From Mizuhopecten yessoensis (lineage: Eukaryota): a DNA stretch of 56,461 bases. Of the stretch, positions 50,501 to 56,461 are shown piece after piece. Numbering within the stretch: the stretch's first letter is position 1; the number at the start of each line of letters is the position of its first letter. The DNA is taken from assembly GCF_002113885.1 (NCBI RefSeq), contig NW_018403519.1:300364-356824 (forward strand), read 5' to 3'. The notes under the pieces were generated by a model. The model was given only the letters and a program-made list of their open reading frames with translations. It did not search any database and was not told the DNA's origin. Position numbers and translations under genes: made by a program.

Positions 50501-52857
50501 TATATATTCGAACATTCACAACAGTCATTATTTTATCAAGTGCACTACACAACACTGGTTACATTACAAATACTGGTACAAACAACATGCAACGTGCGGT
50601 TAGTAAATATGGAAATCGTGCACCACCTCGGATTGTAAGTTATGCATCCACCAGTAATGTTGCTTATTTTCCAAATTATACAGAAATATATTTGCAGAAA
50701 CATCCGATATCCTAGCATTATCCCTGTTACTCTTTATTACATGCTTACATATAGTTCCACTGTACCGCGATGTTGTCGTGTCTGTCCTCCACAAATCAAC
50801 GCAATAACCTGCCATCTAAATCTTGTCTATATTTTTTTAAACCATTCTAAATTTTATTTTGAAATGGTTAACAGCGTTCACAACAGTCTTTGTTTTGTCA
50901 CCTGCATTATACAACCATTATCCTAACAATTAGTTACATTACATACATGTCGTTCATTAACTGTGCATTACTTGAAATACTGGTACAAACAACAAGCAAC
51001 GTGCGGTTAGCAAATACGAAAATCTTGCACCACTTCGGGTTGTAAGTTATGCATCCACCAGTAATGTTGCTAATTTTCCTAATTATACAGAAATAGATTT
51101 GCAGTAACATCCGATATCCTAGCATTACCCCTATTACCCTCTACTTCATGCTTACATACTGTTCCACTGTACCTCCATGTTGTCGTGTCTGTCGTCTGCG
51201 AATCAACACAATAACCTGCCATCTAAATCTTGCCTGTAAGACATTTTAAATTTGAATTATCAACGGTTATAACTGCATTCAAGCCCCACCTTTTACTTCC
51301 TTGTTGCGGCCATGTCCGTTGATATATCAGTAAATCTACTTCCGTTTTGTGTATTGTTTATACAGTATATCAGAGATATTAAACAATATATACACATATT
51401 TCATTTGCCTGTATCAAAGTAATCGCAACACTTTTTATTATGTAAGAAACCTTTCCCTCGGTACAGTTGAAAGATGCAGTCATTATATATAGTTTTGCTT
51501 TCCATATAATACCTGGAACTAATGACTGTGCACAGACATAGTAAGATCATCACGTGGTCAAACCTATGCTATATGTTTATATCTTTATAAAAGGAAAACT
51601 CCTTGATTTATCAGAAAGATGTCAGTCGTATCGGACAGACCTATATTCCCTACTCTTACATTTAAATTCCCTAAATCCACAAAGCGAAAGGATAATTATC
51701 TGCTTACAATGCCCTTACTTTATCTAACATTTATCTTGTTGTTACAGAAACTTAAAAAAAAATACATATTAACATCACTTTATGGATTGTAGCTGTGTTT
51801 ATACCTACAACGCATATACGTTTGTATAATGCTAACTTGTACTGTATTGATTGTTAGTATTGTTCATGACCAAGGCTGTTCTGATAACATCTGGAATCTA
51901 AATATAGATCCAACATAACATTAATAACCTACTTACATGTAAGCCCGTCTGTTTACATATTCTATATGTCAATACTTGTAGCATGCACAGTATTACTTAA
52001 CAGTACGGGTGGATCAAAGGGGTGGAGAGAAGGGTGACCACATATTCCCTTTTTCGAGGTGTGCCATACTATCAAACATCAGCAAACTTTCTCTGCCGGT
52101 GGACTATCGTGTTTATCCAACAAGGGTTGTATTGATATAAAGAAAACAGTGTTAATTAGGTGTCAGCCCAGTTTTAGCTTTCTCAATGTTCAATCTGAAA
52201 GTATTTTACACGGTTACTAAATACGCTGACATGGAAATGACACAGATTTGCATAAATCCATTTCACTCAGTCTGATGTTATTTTACGAACCGTGTTTTTT
52301 ATTCTCAATAAAGGATTTATTTACTTCTACAAACTGGATACGTCTTTCTGCCAATAGTTTTGTTCTTACATGTCGCTTTTATTATAAACAATATTTACAT
52401 GTTACTTATGCATGACGTTATTATTACAAAAACAGTTAAATATTGTTCTTATATGACGTTATCATGTATTTATGTTTTATGTACTTTTGAATTTAGTCTG
52501 TGACATGTATTTATATGTTATCAAACCAGTAAGTGGGCTTGTATGTGGGCTTTATGGTTTAGTAGATTGAAATAAATCAAACATCTGCGTTTATATTTAT
52601 CTTCCTGGCAATAATTGTTCTGCGACATATACATAAAATACTGGTGTTCAGGGTTTGACTTATACGTTCACACACAACAGTAAGGGATATCATATGAGAG
52701 AGTGGTTTACACATTCACATTCACTAGATTTATAAAAGTATAGGTTATGACTATTGGCAACTTTTTATAAATAACCAATTTGTCTGAAAACAAATTCAAT
52801 CATTTTAAGCAAAAACAAACGCATTAATATGTGTTTTCATTTCAAGAACTCTTTTAT

Positions 52858-53393
52858 AACTTCTATTCTTCATTGTTGGAATAATTTCGAAAATTCGGTT
52901 CGATCCTTGCCCTCTATAAATTCATTGAGATCCTGTTTAACATCAAATATTCAGTCAAGTCCACCTATTTACTTTAAATTCTGAAATCGTAAACTTAACA
53001 GTTTGCATACTAAGCTCCGACACCAGTGCAGTTCCCTTAATTACGACCTCTTTAGAGTGAACCTTGTTGGGAGTGCAGCTTGCAATTGTGTCCATCCTTG
53101 TGAGAATGTCTTTCACTATTTTATGGAATGTCACCTTATTACAAAAGCGAAAGACGTATTCCGGTTCAAAATTTAAATAATTTGAATGTTGCGTTAAATT
53201 TGGAAATATTTTTGTTTACCAATTAACAATTTTCCGTGGACCTTAACACGAATATTTTTAGAAATGTGCACAACTTTGTTAAATCTAGCAAGAGATTTTG
53301 AGCTAAAATTGAAATGACAATTGTATATACTTATTATCATTATTGTGATGTCAGTTAAACGTATATTGGGAGAAGATATTGTAACTTATAATT
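52858..53393 (+). mobile_element. CR1-type LINE 3' fragment, paralog of 30870-31515
   Basis: Aligns by eye with 31005-31473, and is cut at its 3' end by the 45-bp array. Confidence 0.75.
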
Positions 53394-54585
53394 ACAACTG
53401 CAAGGATACGGCCAACCTCAGGGACTGATAGTCCACCAGTAGATACAAGGATACGACCAAGCTCGGGACTGATAGTCCACCAGTAGATACAAGGATACGG
53501 CCAACCTCAGGGACTGATAGTCCACCAGTAGATACAGGGATACGGCCAACCTCGGGGTCTGATAGTCGACCAGTAGATACAACTGCAAGGATACGGCCAA
53601 CCTCAGGGACTGATAGTCCACCAGTAGATACAAGGATACGGCCAACCTCGGGGACTGATAGTCCACCAGTAGATACAAGGATACGGTCAACCTCGGGGTC
53701 TGATAGTCGACCAGTAGATACAACTGCAAGGAAACGGCCAACCTCGGGGACTGATAGTCCACCGGTAGATACAAGGATACGGCCAACCTCGGGGACTGAT
53801 AGTCCACCAGTAGATACAACTGCAAGGATACGGCCAACCTCAGGGACTGATAGTCCACCAGTAGATACAGGGATACGGCCAACCTCGGGGACTGATAGTC
53901 CCCCAGTAGATACAAGGATACGGCCAACCTAGGGGTCTGATAGTCCACCAGTAGATACAACTGCAAGGATACGGCAAACCTCGGGGACTGATAGTCCACC
54001 AGTAGATACAAGGATACGGCCAACCTCGGGGTCTGATAGTGCACCAGTAGATACAACTGCAAGGATACGGCCAAGCTCGGGGACTGATAGTCCACCAGTA
54101 GATACAAGGATAAGGCCAACCTCGGGGACTTACAGTCCACCAGTAGATACAAGGATACAGCCAACTTCGGGGACTGATAGTCCACTAGTAGATACAAGGA
54201 TACGGCCAACCTCGGGGACTGATTGTCCAACAGCAGATACAACGATACGGCCAACCTCCGTGACTGGTAGTCCACCAATAGATACAAGGATACGGCCAAC
54301 CTCGGGGTCTGATAGTCGACCAGTAGATACAACTGCAAGGATACGGCCAACCTCGGGGACTGATAGTCCACCAGTAGATACAAGAATAAGTCCAACCTCG
54401 GGGACTGACAGTCCACCAGTAGATACAAGGATACGGCCAAGGTCGGGGACTGATAGTCCACCAGCTTCAAGGATACGGCCAACTTCGGGGACTAGTCCGC
54501 CTGCTACAAGGATACGGCCAACTTCGGGGACTAGTCCACCAGCTACAAGGATACGGCCAACCTCGGACATTGGTAGTCCACCAGT
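53394..54585. repeat. 45/51-bp minisatellite, second array
   Basis: Same unit as 34820-37200 but more homogeneous. Confidence 0.97.
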
Positions 54586-55519
54586 CAAGTCAGTCACCTT
54601 GTTACGTTAAACAATTACTAGAAACGTCCTGTGGTGTGATCCTGGTGTAGATTCTGTAACTTAGTTTTGAACGAGTAACCTTATTATTCTGCATTGAAGT
54701 GTTTGAATTTTGTTAGTTATATGATCATTTTTTAATGTTGTTTTTTCCTATCAGAATAAATCGTATTATAAATATGATAAGCAACTTATTATAATTTAAT
54801 AGTATGTGTTATAGAGTGTGTAGCCCTATACAGAAAAACCCAGCAATTGCCGATATCCCGATACAGATTGTAAACAGCATGAACGAAAGGTGGTATAAGC
54901 TAGTAATGATCTCCCTTACACCACACGCAGATATGGTGTCAAACAAGGAAACAGGGCAACATGTACATGCTTGTGATTTGTTTTACAACAGATTGTTTGA
55001 AATTAGCAAGTCATTGTTATATCTTATTACTCCATTTTTAAATGAAAATTGCAACATAAAAATCACCGGTTTTGCCCAATATAGCAACGCTAAATACGGA
55101 TTTATATGAGAGGATGTCATTTGCGTTGCCATGCAGGTCCTAGTTGACTGATCAATATAAAGAAACTGTCTATATTTATCTTTTAGGGAAAATACAAATC
55201 GTGTTTTGAATTACTGTTTGTGATTAATCTTTTATTGTTTAGGAAATGGAATCTCGACTTTAAAGCAATGTTATAGTTCCTTACATGTGATTTAGTCGCT
55301 GACATATCATTGGCTTGAATTCTTTTTTCTTGCTATTATTACGTGCCTGGTATCAATTTTTTTCTTTAAGAATCTTAATGTGTCGAGCATGTTCCTTTAT
55401 CTGTAGTGCACGGCATATAATGGGGACATATATTTTCACTATTTTCTTACCAGCAAATACAATCAGAGAACTTCTTTTATTCAACTGTAAAACTCTATCC
55501 CTTAGTTAACTAAAATAAG

Positions 55520-56461
55520 TTTATGTACAATACACTGGTATGAGACACTATTACTAAATAAATAAGTATACTTGTATAGTACACTATGTGAGACACTGTT
55601 AATATGTGGGAAGTGGTAAATAAGTACACCTGTCCAGTACACTGTGTGAGACACTGTTACTATGTGGGAAGTAATAAATAAATATATATGTACAGTACAC
55701 TGTGTGAAACACTGTTACTATGTGGGAAGTAGTAAATCAGTACACATGAACAGTACACTATGTGAGACACTCTTACTATTTGGGAAGTAGTAAATAAGTA
55801 CAGGTATACAATACACTGTGTGAGATACTGTTACTATGTAGGAAGTAGTAAATAAGTATACATGTACAGTACACTGTGTTAGACACTGTTACTATTTGGG
55901 AAGTAATAAATAAGAACAGGTATATAGTACACTTTGTGAGACACTGTTAATAAGTGGGAAGTATTAAGTAAGTATACATGTTCAGTACACTGTGTGAAAC
56001 CCTGTTACTATGTGGGAAGTAGTAAATAAGTATACATGTACAGTACACTGTGTGAGACACTTACTATGTTGGTTGTAGTAAATAAGTACCCATGTACAGT
56101 ACACTGTGTGAGACACTGTTACTATGGGGGAAGTAGTAAATAAGTATACATGTACAGTACACTGTGTTAGACACTGTTACTATTTGGGAAGTAATAAATA
56201 AGAACAGGTATACAGTACACTGTGTGAGACACTGTTAACAAGTGGGAAGTATTAAGTAAGTATACATGTTCAATACACTGTGTGAAACACTGTTACTATG
56301 TGGGAAGTAGTAAATAAGTATATATGTACAGTACACTGTGTGAGACACTGTTACTATGTGGGAAGTAATAAATAAGTATACATGTACAGTACACTGTGTG
56401 AGACACTTACTATGTTGGTTGTAGTAAATAAGTACACATGTACAGTACACTGTGTGAGACA
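55520..56461. repeat. 58-bp minisatellite running off the window end
   Basis: Unit GTACAGTACACTGTGTGAGACACTGTTACTATGTGGGAAGTAGTAAATAAGTATACAT, about 16 copies visible. Confidence 0.97.

Larger units (their letters stand above)
37205..54585. repeat. Segmental duplicate of most of 8712-37204
   Basis: Collinear order in both copies: Penelope fragment, C gene, intergenic block, B gene, upstream block, CR1 fragment, 45-bp array. The second copy has one C gene rather than two and lacks the 49-bp array. Confidence 0.9.

Overview
Eukaryotic, AT-rich, intron-containing genomic DNA, most likely an invertebrate. The IAP gene expansion and repeat types suggest a bivalve mollusc, which is inference only. 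The window holds a tandem cluster of six inhibitor-of-apoptosis (BIR-domain) genes, ordered A(-) C1(+) C2(+) B1(-) C3(+) B2(-). I reconstructed the exons by hand from GT-AG sites and reading phase. Gene A is BIR-BIR-UBA-UBA and runs off the window start just before its expected RING. B1 and B2 are complete 525-aa BIR-BIR-UBA-RING proteins. C1, C2 and C3 are two-exon, 242-aa, two-BIR proteins with no UBA or RING visible. Most of 37.2-54.6 kb duplicates 8.7-37.2 kb, with patchy divergence. Between the genes are Penelope-like fragments (one with an intact minimal hammerhead ribozyme motif), CR1/L2-type LINE 3' ends, tRNA-derived SINEs, palindromic non-autonomous elements, three minisatellite families (49, 45/51 and 58 bp) and a 212-N gap. 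There are no prokaryotic features and no CRISPR array. The best novelty candidates are the co-duplicated short-IAP plus RING-IAP module, the double-UBA IAP, the RING tail lacking its conserved aromatic residue, and the hammerhead motif upstream of C1. All functional interpretations are hypotheses.
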